Shown here piece by piece: positions 39,377 through 52,339 of a stretch of DNA of 64,000 bases (the stretch's first letter is position 1; every line of letters starts with the position of its first letter). The position numbers and the translations under genes were made by a program. Origin of the DNA: Eledone cirrhosa (Eukaryota); contig OZ024741.1 of assembly GCA_964016885.1 (NCBI GenBank), positions 332,940,001-333,004,000 on the forward strand, read 5' to 3'. Under the pieces are notes generated by a model, which was given only the letters and a program-made list of their open reading frames with translations, ran no database searches and was not told the origin of the DNA.

Positions 39377-42300
39377 CTGCATCTCGCTCGCTAACTTTGT
39401 AAACACTTTGCTCCTTCTCTCATACCCCCCCCCCACCTGGTCGAAAGTATAAAATAAATCTTGGTGGCTCCCAAGGACAGAATTTATCTATCTAAATTAT
39501 CTTACAGGCGATCTGTTGATTTTGAGAATGTAAGCAAATTACTTGTCTTTCTATTATCTGTAGTCTTCCCAATGAGCAGTGTTTAAACTCCTAGTTATGC
39601 CAGTCTAAAATTCAAATTCCCGTTTGTTTTTCTTGGAGTTTCAATTAATATTTTACATGTTTTTAATAATTTGTCTCATTCTGTTGGACCCTTCCTGGAA
39701 ACTAACCTTCTCCAAAATTTACCAATTTGCCGCCCTCCCACCCCAATTGCTATATGGTCCAATCATAAGTCAGCGGCTTTAGTAAGTTTCCTAACAAATC
39801 AGTATAGCAAAGCTACCGCCCCGGTTACTACTCCTTAAGTTTAGACCTGTTTGATGGGTTGACTGTGGAGATTTGGAAAGTCTAAGCACTCAATGACAAT
39901 GTCACAGATAAAGATAAATTCACCTCCCGCTGCAGGACGAGAATACAAGGACCCCTCTCTATTTCAGACATGAATGACTAACATAATTCCGTCTCCCACA
40001 CCCCTCCCTGCCCCTCCAACCCATCCATCCCACCCTCCCAACTTCAGAGTTGGTACCATGGACGTAGGCACATTGAAAGGTCGCTCAAATGAGGTTGTAG
40101 AGATGCTTGAACGTAAAGAAGTTGATGTTTGTTGTATTCAAGAGACTAGGTGGAGAGGGGGGTCTGCCAGATTCATCGTGGGTAAAAAAACGATGCTATA
40201 AACTTCTCTGGGTGGGAAATGACAACGGACAGGGTGGTGTAGGAATTATGTTAGCAGAAAAATGGGTAGATAAGGTAATTGACGTAAATAGAGTAAATGA
40301 CAGAATAATTAAAATAAGGCTAGTTCTAAATAGAACTACTGTGACAATAATATCCGCTTATGCACTCCATTCTGGTCGACCTGACGTTATAAAGGACAGG
40401 TTCTATGAGACGCTAATGCACACTACCTCCCAAATAACCGACAGCGACTACTTAATTATTGCTGGCGATCTAAATGGCCATGTTGGACAACATGGAGGCT
40501 AAGGGGTTGGAAATAGAAATGAGAAGGCTTCAGAATCCTGGAATTCTGTGACGCCAATAATCTAACTATCTGTAACACAAACTTCAAAAAACGTGAAAAC
40601 CACTTGATCACCTATAGTTCAGAGGAACACGCCAGCCAGATAGATTATATCCTTACTAGAAGACGGGACAAAGTGTCTGTTGTAAACACTAAATCCCTCC
40701 CCCCGTGAAGAATGCACCTCCCAAAATAGCCTAGTAGTTAGTTACCTCATAGGTCAGGAATAGACGTACTCGACGACAGAGGAGGCCTACCTTGAGGAGA
40801 AGAATATGGAAGTTGAAGGACCCCATAGCCAGTGACAAATTTAAAAGCTTATTACTTGATGCCTTTGACAATAAGGAAGAGCAATTAGAGACGTGCGATA
40901 TAGAGGAACAGTGGCAATTCTTGAAAGTGAACCTGCTGAAAGCAACGGATGAAATCTGTGGCTGGAGCAGATCTATTATTGGCAGGAGGAAACTAACTTG
41001 GTGGTGGAACAGTAAGGTAGAAGAGACAATCAAGGCCAAAATGCAGGCTTGGAAAGTATGGCAGGATGGGGGAAGTAGAGAGCACTATCAAGTGGCCAGA
41101 AGAGAAGCTAGGAGATAAGTGTACCTTGCAAAAAAGGTAGCAGAGGATAGAAAGTTCAAGCATGTTCTACAACGTAAGGACCAAAAACGTGAGGTGTTCA
41201 GGATTGCTAGACAATGTGTCAAAGAAAACCGTGATATTGTCGAGGAGAAGGGTGATAACGGTGTAGTTGCCCTCACAGATGCTGATAAGAAGATAGCCTG
41301 GAAGTGTCACTACGAGAGACTATTAAATGAGGAGAATAAGTAGGAAAAAGATAGTCTGCCCCAAATCGATCCAATAGAAAGACCAGTGGTGCAAGTTAAA
41401 GGTAGTATAAGTAAGGCAATCAAAGATATGAAGACAGGCAAGGCAGCTGGGAATTCGGAGATAGTTGCTGAGATGTTGCAGGCATCTGGAATGGTGGGAC
41501 ATACTATGGTCACCCGTATATTTAACCAAGTAATACAGAACGGGGTCATACCAAAAGACTGGCGTAGCATCATCATCATTAACAGCTACAAGGAAAACTA
41601 AGTGTAGATGAATGGCTTGTGAGAGCTATACAAGCTATGTATAATGAACAGTCAGTAAGGTTAGAATTAACAATGAATATTGTGAAGAATTTAGTGTAAA
41701 AGTTGGTGTCCACCAAGGCTCTGTCCTTAGCCCCCTCCTATTGATTATTGCCCTTCAGGCTATAACAGAGGAGTTCAAGACTGGCTGCCCATGGGAATTT
41801 CTATACGCAGATGATCTAACGCTCATAGCTGAATCAATGGCTGAATTAGAGAAGAATTTCCAAACATGGAAGCATGGCCTAGAATCAAAAGGCCTTAAAG
41901 TTAACTTGTCTAAAACTGAAGTCCTAGGTTGTAGAAAGGAAAATAAGGCACAGGTGCCCTCAGGGAAATGGCCATGCTCAGTGTGTAGGAAAGGAGTAGG
42001 CAGAAATTCAATTTTATGTCCCAAATGCAAAGTATGGGTACATAAAATGTAGTGGGATCACAGGTAAACTATCAAAGAACATAGACTTTATATGTGGCTG
42101 ATGCTCAGGTGCAATAGGTAGCAAGTGTCCACAGGATACTAGCTCCTTCTATTTCCCAGATGGTTCTATAGAAATAGTAGACACTTTCCGTTACCTAAAT
42201 GACGAAATCAGCAGTAGTGGAGGGTATTCTGAAAGTACAGTAGCCAGAGTCAGAACGGGATGGAAAAAGTTCAGAGAGCTTATACCGCTGTTGGCCACAA

Positions 42301-43139
42301 AAGGTTTCTCTCTAAAAATGAAAGGCAGATTGTATGATACTTGTATATGAACAGCAATGCTACATGGCAGTCAGACATGGGCATTATGTGCAGAGGACCT
42401 GCACAAACTGGAAAGGAACGAAGCATGCATGCTCCGTTGGATGTGTAGTAGTAATATATGTGAACGGCAAAGCATAAATGAACTAAGTGAGAAATGAGGA
42501 ATAAGAGGGATCAGATGCTGTTTACTTGAGAGAAGACTACGTTGGTATGGCCACGTGATGGGCATGAAAGACGACAGCTGTATAAAAAAGTGCAGGGTGA
42601 TCAAAATTGATGGTAGTTACGGAGTAGGTAGACCCAGAAAAACCTGGGACAATCTGATAAATTCTGACCTTACACACTTGCACCTCTCTAAGACAATGTC
42701 ACTGGACCGAGATCTTTGCCTATGTACAAAGCGAAACCTACAGTCAGTAAGCACTTCTTAACCAAATATACACCCCAATCCACCACCCCTACCCTATCCT
42801 CCCACTCCCACCAACATCACCCTCTCTCTGTAAAGTTAGTACCACAGGCCAAATAAATGAGATAATGAGATCGAGATCGTGTAGGTGTCACGAGAAAAAA
42901 ACACACAGTCCACGCTGTAATGTGGCCATGTAGGTAACACGGTAAAAAGTTCCCAGTTCCATACTGTAAATGTGGTTGGTGTTAGGAATTGCATCCAGCC
43001 ATAGAAAACCCGCCAGATAGTCCTATATGAGTGAGACACGGTCACCCGACCAACCTTGCCTCAAGTGGGACAACTCCCGTCTAACCCATGCTAGTGTGGA
43101 AAATTGACGTTAAACCAAGATGATGATGATGATGATGAT
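39377..43139 (+). mobile_element. Near full-length RTE-clade LINE (APE endonuclease + RT), pseudogenised, with internal RT deletion
   Basis: EN motifs VGTMDVGTL, CCIQETRW, GGVGI, ISAYA, GDLNGHVG; RT FLYADDL, HQGSVLSP; (GAT)n tail; boundaries set by the split MITE and a gaaga duplication (39372-39376, 43140-43144). Confidence 0.9.
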
Positions 43140-45806
43140 GAAGAGTTGAAATTAATGCATGCAAGATTTCACAGCTCTAGCATCATCACCTTCATAGTCA
43201 CCCTGGGAACTTTTCATCCTACCTTCATATTTCAGTTTGATATTTACTTTATTGATATCATCGTCATCATCATAATTTTAAGTCCAGTTGTCACAGACTG
43301 AATCATTAGTCATGTAGAGCTACTGACCTCTCAACGGGGCCTGAAGCCTGCATCTCGTTTACTTTCATTCTCACCCTCTACCAAGTGCTTGGGTAAGCCA
43401 GAGGCATGCAATCCTGCTTACAAAATGGTCCCACATTTTACTAAGAACATTTTATTGTGGTACCAATACTATGGATGTTGTCAGTTTTAACACAACTAAA
43501 AAGTTCTCCCAGCCCTTTGTGTGGTAGATTTTCTACAGCTGGATGCCCTTCCTATCACATATCTATTATTCAAATTGTTACATTACTACCTGCTGTACCT
43601 TTGGCAAGTACCTTCTACTATACATTCAGTTTGACCAATGCCTTGTGAGTGGGATTTGATAGACAGAAACTACAGAAGCCTGTTGTGTGTGTATCAAACT
43701 GAATATATCAAATGGGTCAGTAATCTAGTATCTATATAGCAGAGGTTCACAACCTAGGGGTCATGACCTCATTTATCAATATTTTATATAATAAATCAAA
43801 GGTATGTATTAACCCATAATTTCTGGTGGAGTTGTAAGGATGATGTATTGACATGTGGGGTTTCTTGGGCATGTTAAGCCTGATGAAGCCCATCTCCTTT
43901 CTAGGTCTAAACACAGTAGATTTCGTCCAGAGAAAGAGAGAGAGAGAGCGGAAGAACCGACTCCAGTACTAGACTGGTACTTTTTTATCAGTACAAAAAA
44001 GGATAAATGGCAAAGTTGACCGTAACAAGATTTGAACTCAGAGAGGAGAGAATTAGAATGAATACTGCAAAGCATTCTGTCTGACATTGTAACGACTCTG
44101 CCAATTCACCACCTATGCCATAGGTACAATTGTCAAAACACAACATTTATTGTAAACAAAAACTGAGGAATATTTCCCTAAAAAAGTATCCTATTGGAAT
44201 AAATATGGTGATGGAGGATTATTAATTTTAAAAAATAGGTCATAATGGTGAAGATATTTGGGAAAGTGTGTTCTTGATCTTTACCAGTCTAACAAAATCT
44301 CTCTTTCATCTTATTACTGATGGTTATCTATCGTAATACCTGTCAGATTTGACATGTCTTAAGAAAAGGTTTAGAGAAAGCAAGGTGAACTAACAATTCT
44401 ACAAACAATGAATTCACATTCTTCATCAGTATGTAGCAAATAGATACTGGTATTTCATTTGACATATTGTTTTTTTTTTCTTCATCAATTCCCTGCAATT
44501 GTCATAAAGAATAAGATTAATCTAAAGTGCAAGAGGGTGCTATAGTTTAGAAAATAGTTTGTTTCTTTTTTTCTTTTTAGAGGGCTACAGGAATGCAAAT
44601 ATGTCACAAAATGTTGAAATATCAATAAGAAAGTTTATGAGAATATGTAGGATACTCAAGTACAGAAAATAACTTCAATTACAATCAGTTGCTATAAAAT
44701 AGTTTATAAAAATTGGGTAAAGATCCTTAGAGACAGAAAAATGTTGTCAGCTGCTGCTATGAAAAATCAAACTCTGTATCTCTCAGATACTGGCTGAATG
44801 ATCTCACCCTTAAGCTAAGAGACCTCTGACAACATCCTACTATTTAAATTAAGGAGCTGAATCAAACAGCTTTTGAAAATGTAAACAATCATTGTGTGTG
44901 TAGCTTGAATTTTGAATTTCTGAAGCATAGAGGAAATGAATTTATAAGAACATTTCCTAATAAATTTATTTTGTCAGTGCTTCTTAAGTTTAAAAATTTA
45001 AAGTCTAAATTGAAGGTAGTTAATCTTTTGAATAATTTTTTGTATAATGTTTGAATTGTGCTTTTTAACCCTTTCAATATGAACCTACTGCAAACCATCC
45101 ACAGTTCTATGATACACAATTTTAACTCTTAACCTCCTGTAATAATTTAGCAGAAAATATCTAAAAATTAGTTTTTAATTCAAATGTCTATAGTACTTTT
45201 ACCAGTGGACAGGTTGTAAAATTTGCAGAAGAATAAAGTGAAGACTTTAAGATTTAATGTGATGCAGTCATAGTGATGTTTTGTTATTTTCAAGAATATC
45301 TTTCTAATGCAGTTTCATGTAATACAGGATGTTAAAAGTTTAAATGCTTAAAACATTCCAAACATTCCATTGTAATTTCATGTAAGAAACTTTGTTTAGC
45401 TGTTCTAAACACCTGCGCAATAATGAGAAAGTTATATTATTAAACCTCTTCAGATTCCTGATTATTTCCAATATTATTTGAAAATCATAAACTGTGTCTT
45501 TCATAACAAATATGGCAATGAAAGGGTTAAATCTACTAGAATGATTGTAGCAGATTTCCCAAAGATATAACATGAAGTGCTGTCTTCTTTAGAGAAGGAG
45601 GTATCCTTTCAATATGTATATGTGAGTATAATGGCACCCTAGTGCCATAACATGCCACTCATTTAAGAAAATGACTTCTTTATGATACAGTTTCTTGCTG
45701 TTATTCGGTGGTTCATGTAATACATCATACATTAACTCTCTTCCTGGCAACCATGTCACTATAGGTTTCCATTTCCTTCCCTATATATATATATATAGAG
45801 AGAGAG

Positions 45807-46221
45807 AGAGGGGAAAAGCACGGGAGAGTGTGTTTTTTCATTTACAGGATGTTAAACCACCAGCGTGAAGATAATATAAGCTAAGAGAGGTATAGGAAAA
45901 ACATTATAATTAAAAGTATAAATTAACATGAGAAACCAACTTCATAACTAAGTAACACATACAAACTCACTGGGAGATTGTTTCGCGAGATCTTTGCACA
46001 TGCTAGGCCCACTAGGCCGATTTGGAACCCACTATATGGCGAAACAATCTCCCAGTGAGTTTGTACATGTGTGACTTAGTTTTGAGGTTAGTTTCTCATT
46101 ATAATTTATACTTTTAATTATAATGTTTTTCCTATACCTCTTTTAGCTTATATTATCTTCACGCTGGTGGTTTAACATCCTGTAAATGAAAAAGCACACT
46201 CTCCTGTGTTTTTTCCCCTCT
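45807..46221. repeat. Inverted repeat, ~180 bp arms with 52-nt spacer
   Basis: 45807-45986 is the reverse complement of 46039-46221 with scattered mismatches. Confidence 0.9.
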
Positions 46222-46528
46222 ATATATTGTATTTTAAAGTGCCCAGAAAAACTCTTTCCTTTGAGCTCATTTGATTACAGGATTATACGCGAGTCCTTTA
46301 CTCCGTCATTTAACTATATATATATAAATTTATTATTATTACTATATATATATTCAAAGAACTTTGTAACGCAAACTGGCACAACATTTATTATACTTAT
46401 TCACCAACCAATCAAACTTCTTCTCTAAAAACCTGGCATTTTGAGCCACTTTTTTTCCATATAAAACAAGTAACATTCAAAGACCAACCAGATGTGAGAA
46501 AAACCACAGACCCTCCATCTCAACTCTA

Positions 46529-46564
46529 CTTTTGAAAAGCAGAAGAACTGTGAAACCGGTAAAG
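46529..46564 (+). ncRNA. Minimal hammerhead motif, U3-A8 core variant, in 5' Penelope terminal repeat
   Basis: ctt-TTGAAAA-gcag-aagaa-ctgt-GAAA-ccgg-TA-aag; palindromic stem III ACCGGT; stem I only 3 bp. Confidence 0.6.
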
Positions 46565-46724
46565 GAACCAAAGAAATATATATTTAAAAAAAAAAAGACT
46601 CCAGTTGCATTTTCGATTTCATCTTTTTTCCTTATACTTTCACTCGTGTAGGACACTTCGGTTATTTTTCATTTTGTAAAAAAACCTCACTTTTTAATAC
46701 ATACCCACCACACGAAGACTGAAA

Positions 46725-49700
46725 ATGCCACCAAAGTCTCAACAAAACGACAACTCACTGAACCAGGACATCTTAAATGAACTCGAAGAGATTTCCTCTA
46801 AACTTTCAATTTTGACCAACAAAGTGGACCAAATACATATCTATAAAAAGGACTCCATGAAGAAGCAGAAAATACCCAAGAGACGAATATTACTCCAGCA
46901 TTAACTAAACTAATTGAAACCATTGAAACAGCATTGAAAAACTGGAACAACCGTTAGAACCTAATCTACGAGATGTTCACTCAGTGAAAAAACACCCTGA
47001 TTAATATATGGACTCAAAAGCTCACAGCCCAAGTCCAACGAAGAAAAATTCAAGTCACTCGACCAACAGATGGAATCTCAAGGCACTCTGAAGGCCTACT
47101 CTATGAAAAAAACCTTAAAACTTTGGAAAGAAAATTGTGAGGATGAAGAACTAACATCCCTCCAGCGATGGGAAAAAAACGCCACCTGGTTCAACAACTA
47201 CGAAATGGATTTCAAAACTGAACAACATACAGGTAACCCATATTTAAAACAAACTAAAACTCACACACCACACGCACAACAAATAACAAAAAAAGTAACA
47301 AAACGGCCAACATACCCCCAGCAAAACTATGACGATAATCCCAGAACCCATAGACAAAACTATAACCCTACTAACAAAAACCGAAGATCCCCCAACACAA
47401 GACAGGACCCGATCCGCAGATCACAACCCACACAAAATCTATTCCAAAACCGTAGACCCCAACCCACACAGAACCTGTTCCAAAATCGTAGATCCCAACC
47501 TACACAAAGGAACAAAATCTACAACCCGGACTATCAACAAACCGAACCTCAATACGTCCGAAACTTCTATACAAGATCACACAACAACAGGGGAAATGCC
47601 ACTAGATATAATAATACCCATGAAAAAACAATTCAGAAAATCAATTTTTAGACCAAGGCTACAGGACCCAGGACACCCGGTGGCACAAACCGATTTTGAA
47701 AAACCGAAAATAATCATCCTTTCAAATACAAACTTCTCAGTCCAACAAATTAAAATCATCTCCAAAGGACTGAAATTCACACCAACACCACAATACTCTA
47801 ACCTCAATGAGATAAATGACGATATCTCACACTTTTGTAGAAAATTACTTCTCACAGAGGAATTTTTTGACAAGGAGAATAACAACTAATCAATTGTACA
47901 GAATAAAAGCAGCTACAACCCCAAAAAGGGTAGAAACAGAGTTCTGGACAAATTTTGTGACCACATAACAATTTTTCCATACTATGAACTACCGCAACCT
48001 AAACCCAAACCCAACACGAGTCGAAGGGAATGGGAGATTATCCATGAACTAAAAAACAATACGGACATTATAATTAAGGAAGCGGACAAGGGAAGTACTG
48101 TCGTCATTATGGATGCTGAACAATATAAAAATTCTATGTTCTCTCTCTTACAAAATACTAACTACTATGAAAGAGTAAAAAACTACCAGCACTCAAAAAA
48201 CGATGACCAGATTAAACACATTCATTTGTCGATACCAGGAAGACTTAACTAAAAAGGAACGCGATTATTTAACACATTTTGAATACAAAACCAGCAACTT
48301 TTCCGGACTTCCGAAGATCCACAAGTGTAAAATAATTAACGATCCACCTCAACCTACCTGAACACACAATACCCCACATACCTTAAATTAAAACCAATTG
48401 TAGCAGGCCCACAATGTGAAAGACACAGACTAAGCAACTTTATAGACATATTACTAAAACCAATTCTCAAACACATACCAAGCCTTGTAAGAGACGATCT
48501 GGACCTCTTAAACCACCTCCCCAAACATGTCAACAACGACACTATTATTGTATCTTTCGATGTAGTGAATCTCTACACAACGATCCCACACCAATAGGGA
48601 CTAGAAGCAATAGGATTCTGGCTAGAGAAATATCCCAATGAGATACCCGACAGAATAGAAAAAGCTTCGTCACCGAGGGATTAAAATTTATTTTACAGAA
48701 CAACTTTTTTGATTTCGATGGCAGTACTTACAAGCAAATATCGGGGACTGCGACGGGTACAAAAGCCGCTCCAACTGATGCCAACTTAGTCATAGTATAC
48801 TTGGAAGTCCAGATATATGAACAGTCCAAATCAAAATACGGATTGAACTTCCACAAATATTTATCAGAGAATTGGAAACGCTACTTGGATGATTATCTCA
48901 TTCTTTCGTCTCACACACTTGACCAACTAAATGATTTCAAAAATTTAATTAACGGCATCAATAACCACATCCAATTCACAATGGAATGCAGCCAAGATCA
49001 ACTCCCATTTCTGGACATCTTAAACTTAAACAAAGACATAAATATTGAAACTGACATACACTACAAACCAACAGATTCCAAACAATACCTGCTATTCACC
49101 TCCAACCATCCAAAGCACACGAAGACGAACATCCCTTTTAACCTAGCAAGAAGAATTTGCACTATTGTCTCCAATTATGAAACGCGAAATAAAAGACTTC
49201 AAGAATTAAAAGAAATTCTACTCGAAAGACAGTACTCACCATTACTAATAAATAATGGAATAGAAAGGGCTAAAGCAATTGGCATTGATGAGTTACGAAA
49301 ACAGTAACAAATTCAAGGTACGTCCAATATTCTATCATATATTTCAACACACAACCCAAGAAATGCGGAAGCTTACAACACTATTCACAAGAACATCCCA
49401 CTATTGAAACAAAACCCAAGAATGAAAAAAGCCCTTGAAACACACAAAATAATCAAAAGCAAAAGAACCGAAATCACTAAAAACATTACTCACCAATGCC
49501 AAATTACCTACCACAAACCCACAACCAACTGTCAAAAAATGTGGTCGCTCTAATTGTGGAACTTGCACTCACCTCATTGAATGCAACACGTATACATTTC
49601 AATCAGGACAAAATTTTGCTGTAAAAAATCACTTCACTTGGTCATCAAAAAATCTAGTTTATGCCATTAAATGTAAAGGATGCAATGAAGACTATATAGG

Positions 49701-49919
49701 ACAAACTAAACTCACACTCAGAAACAGAATGACAGTTCATCGCCAACAATTACGAGATCCAACCACGAGACAGATACCACTAAGTGCACATCTAGACATA
49801 TGCGCAAGTAATAAGACACCTACATTTTTCTTTGCGCTGACAATACAACAGAACAAATACGAATAAATAAGGAAAATATGTTTATTCAAAAATATAGACC
49901 AGCATTAAATATAGTTTAA
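46725..49919 (+). pseudogene. Disrupted Penelope-like polyprotein: N-terminal Q/N/R-rich region, reverse transcriptase, Cys linker, GIY-YIG endonuclease
   Basis: SKGLKFTPTP, IIIKEADKGSTVVIMD, GLPKIHK, SFDVVNLYT, QISGTATG, WKRYLDD, LPFLDI, YKPTDS..SNHP, CGRSNCGTC, NLVYAIKCKGCNEDYIGQT, PALN; several stops and frameshifts. Confidence 0.88.
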
Positions 49920-50401
49920 TATACATTATGTCAACACCATAACATGCTAACCATCCAAACAGACACATACATACACACATAACACCTTCTACTTTAGAAA
50001 ATAAGAACCAGAACTAAATAAACCTTAACATACGTTAATACTCTAACACCTTAACATGCTAACCACACACCCCCACACACACATAACTCCCTCCCCCATT
50101 TCTACTAACGGAATCCGTTTTCCTACACACACACACACACAACTCCCTCCCCAATTTCCACTAATAGAATCACTTTCCTACACACACACACACACACACA
50201 CAATATATATATTCTCTCCATCTTAACGTGCCAACCATACTCCCACGCACACATACACACACAGACATAACACATACACACACACAAAAATATATATGCT
50301 CTCCATCTTAACATGCTAACCATACTCCCACACTCACACATAACACCCATACACACACACACACAAATCCTTCCCCCATTTCTACTAATCGAATCATCTT
50401 C

Positions 50402-50474
<73 letters not shown>

Positions 50475-51278
50475 TAAACATACATATCTCTACTTTTTTT
50501 ATTTCAATAGAAAGTCTAAATTCTGACACCCCAGCCATATTCACTGAACCAGAACAATTCTCCCCATCCCATTTCTCTTGACCATTATCTTTTGTTTGGC
50601 ACAAAATTCTCTAAAAGGCTACAAAATAAATTCTCAAATATGGGTGCGAAATTTAATGAACTTGTTCACGTGACAGTCATAATTTCATTTATAACCAATC
50701 AAATTACATTTCAGCCTATCAGTCATACTCAGAAAAACTCTCTCCATCCCTTTTACTTGACCATTATCTTTTGTTTAGTACCAGTAATGCACTGGGTAAT
50801 TGCTGGCCTTGTGCCTAACGTAGAAACAATTATCTTTTGTTTGGCACAAAATTCTGTAAATGGCTATAAAAAAATTCCAAAATACGGGGTGAATTTAATG
50901 TACTTATTCACGTGACAGTCATAATTTCATTTATAACCAATCAAATTACGTTTATAAAAAAAAGCCTTCGTGAGCCACTTTTTTTTTAAGTAAAAAAAAA
51001 TTCAAACACAAACTGGCATGAAGCTGATGTGCTTATTCACGTGACTGCATCAACCAACCAAACTTCACTCACATATGAAAAAACAACCTGAGCCCCCTCT
51101 TTGTTTGAAGAACTTTGTAATGCGAACTGGCACAAAATTTATTATACTTATTCACCAACCAATCAAACTACTTCTCTAAAAACCTGGTATTTTGAGCCAC
51201 TTTTTTCCATATAAAACAAGTAACGTTCAAAGACCAACAAGATGTGAGAAAAACCACAGACCCTCCATCTCAACTCTA

Positions 51279-51314
51279 CTTTTGAAAAGCAGAAGAACTG
51301 CGAAACCGGTAAAG
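51279..51314 (+). ncRNA. Minimal hammerhead motif, U3-A8 core variant, in 3' Penelope terminal repeat
   Basis: ctt-TTGAAAA-gcag-aagaa-ctgc-GAAA-ccgg-TA-aag; stem II fully Watson-Crick. Confidence 0.65.
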
Positions 51315-51405
51315 GAACCAAAGAAATATATATATATTTAAAAAAAAAGACTCCAGTTGCATTTTCGATTTCATCTTTTTTCCTTATATATATATACATA
51401 GATAA

Positions 51406-51436
<31 letters not shown>

Positions 51437-52303
51437 TAGATATAGATATAGATAGATAGATAGATAATAGATAGAAAGATAGATTTATAGATATGTGCAT
51501 GTGTGTTTGTATGTATACATGTGTCTGTGTCTATGTATATGTGTATGTATATGACAGGTCGTTCTTCAGTGCTACTGGTAACATGTAACCCAGTAACCTG
51601 TGCATGGTCCAGTAGTCGGCAACTAAACCAGCAACGCCACAAAGCTTATTTGGTGAGGAGGGTGAATTTGGACACCCTGTGGGATGAAAAACACAACCTG
51701 TCAAAGGGCAGAGGAAGTCAGGAGAGTCAACGGCCATCCAATAAATTTGTTTAAATAATTTTCTTTTTGTGGAGTGAGAGACTCCTAGCTTTCTTAAGAC
51801 ATTTCTCTAGGAAAAGGTCACTCTGATATAAAACCTGCAGCTTCATTTGCATTCAATGATGTAGACTAGTTCTTTTGGGGCAAATACATTTGATGTTCAA
51901 AGAGTGGGATTGGCCCCATGCAAAACCTTTCCTCACTTAAAAATGCTTCAAGTACAGGCATCGCTTGATATGTGACATATTTTGTGATGTGTGGCATTTC
52001 TGGTCATAGGCAAGTCCATAGCATGACTAAAAAGTCACATCTGTGATGCTCATTGCTCATGCTTAAGTATCAATTACTCGAAATTTTATTGCAGCCAACA
52101 TATATAGATATAATGTCAAGAGTTTCTGTATTCAAGATAAAGGAAAAAGAATTCTCTATGTTAAGTACAGAGCTAAAGTATATCATTATAAATAAATTCT
52201 CAACACAGTTGCATGCTACCTAAGGTTTCAAAGTCTACACTAGCATAGGTTTTTGAGAGAGTATATCTGCTAGTGCTACTTATCTTTCAGGCAATACCAA
52301 GAT

Positions 52304-52339
<36 letters not shown>

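Larger units (their letters stand above)
46357..51388 (+). mobile_element. Penelope-like retroelement (probably Neptune group) with ~280 bp direct terminal repeats
   Basis: Direct repeats 46357-46636 and 51108-51388 flank a broken RT + GIY-YIG reading frame. Confidence 0.9.

Noticed and set aside
43865-43900. Isolated CTGATGA matches (also 23753, 36399(-), 44423(-), 61224)
   Set aside because: No stem II or GAAA at a suitable distance.
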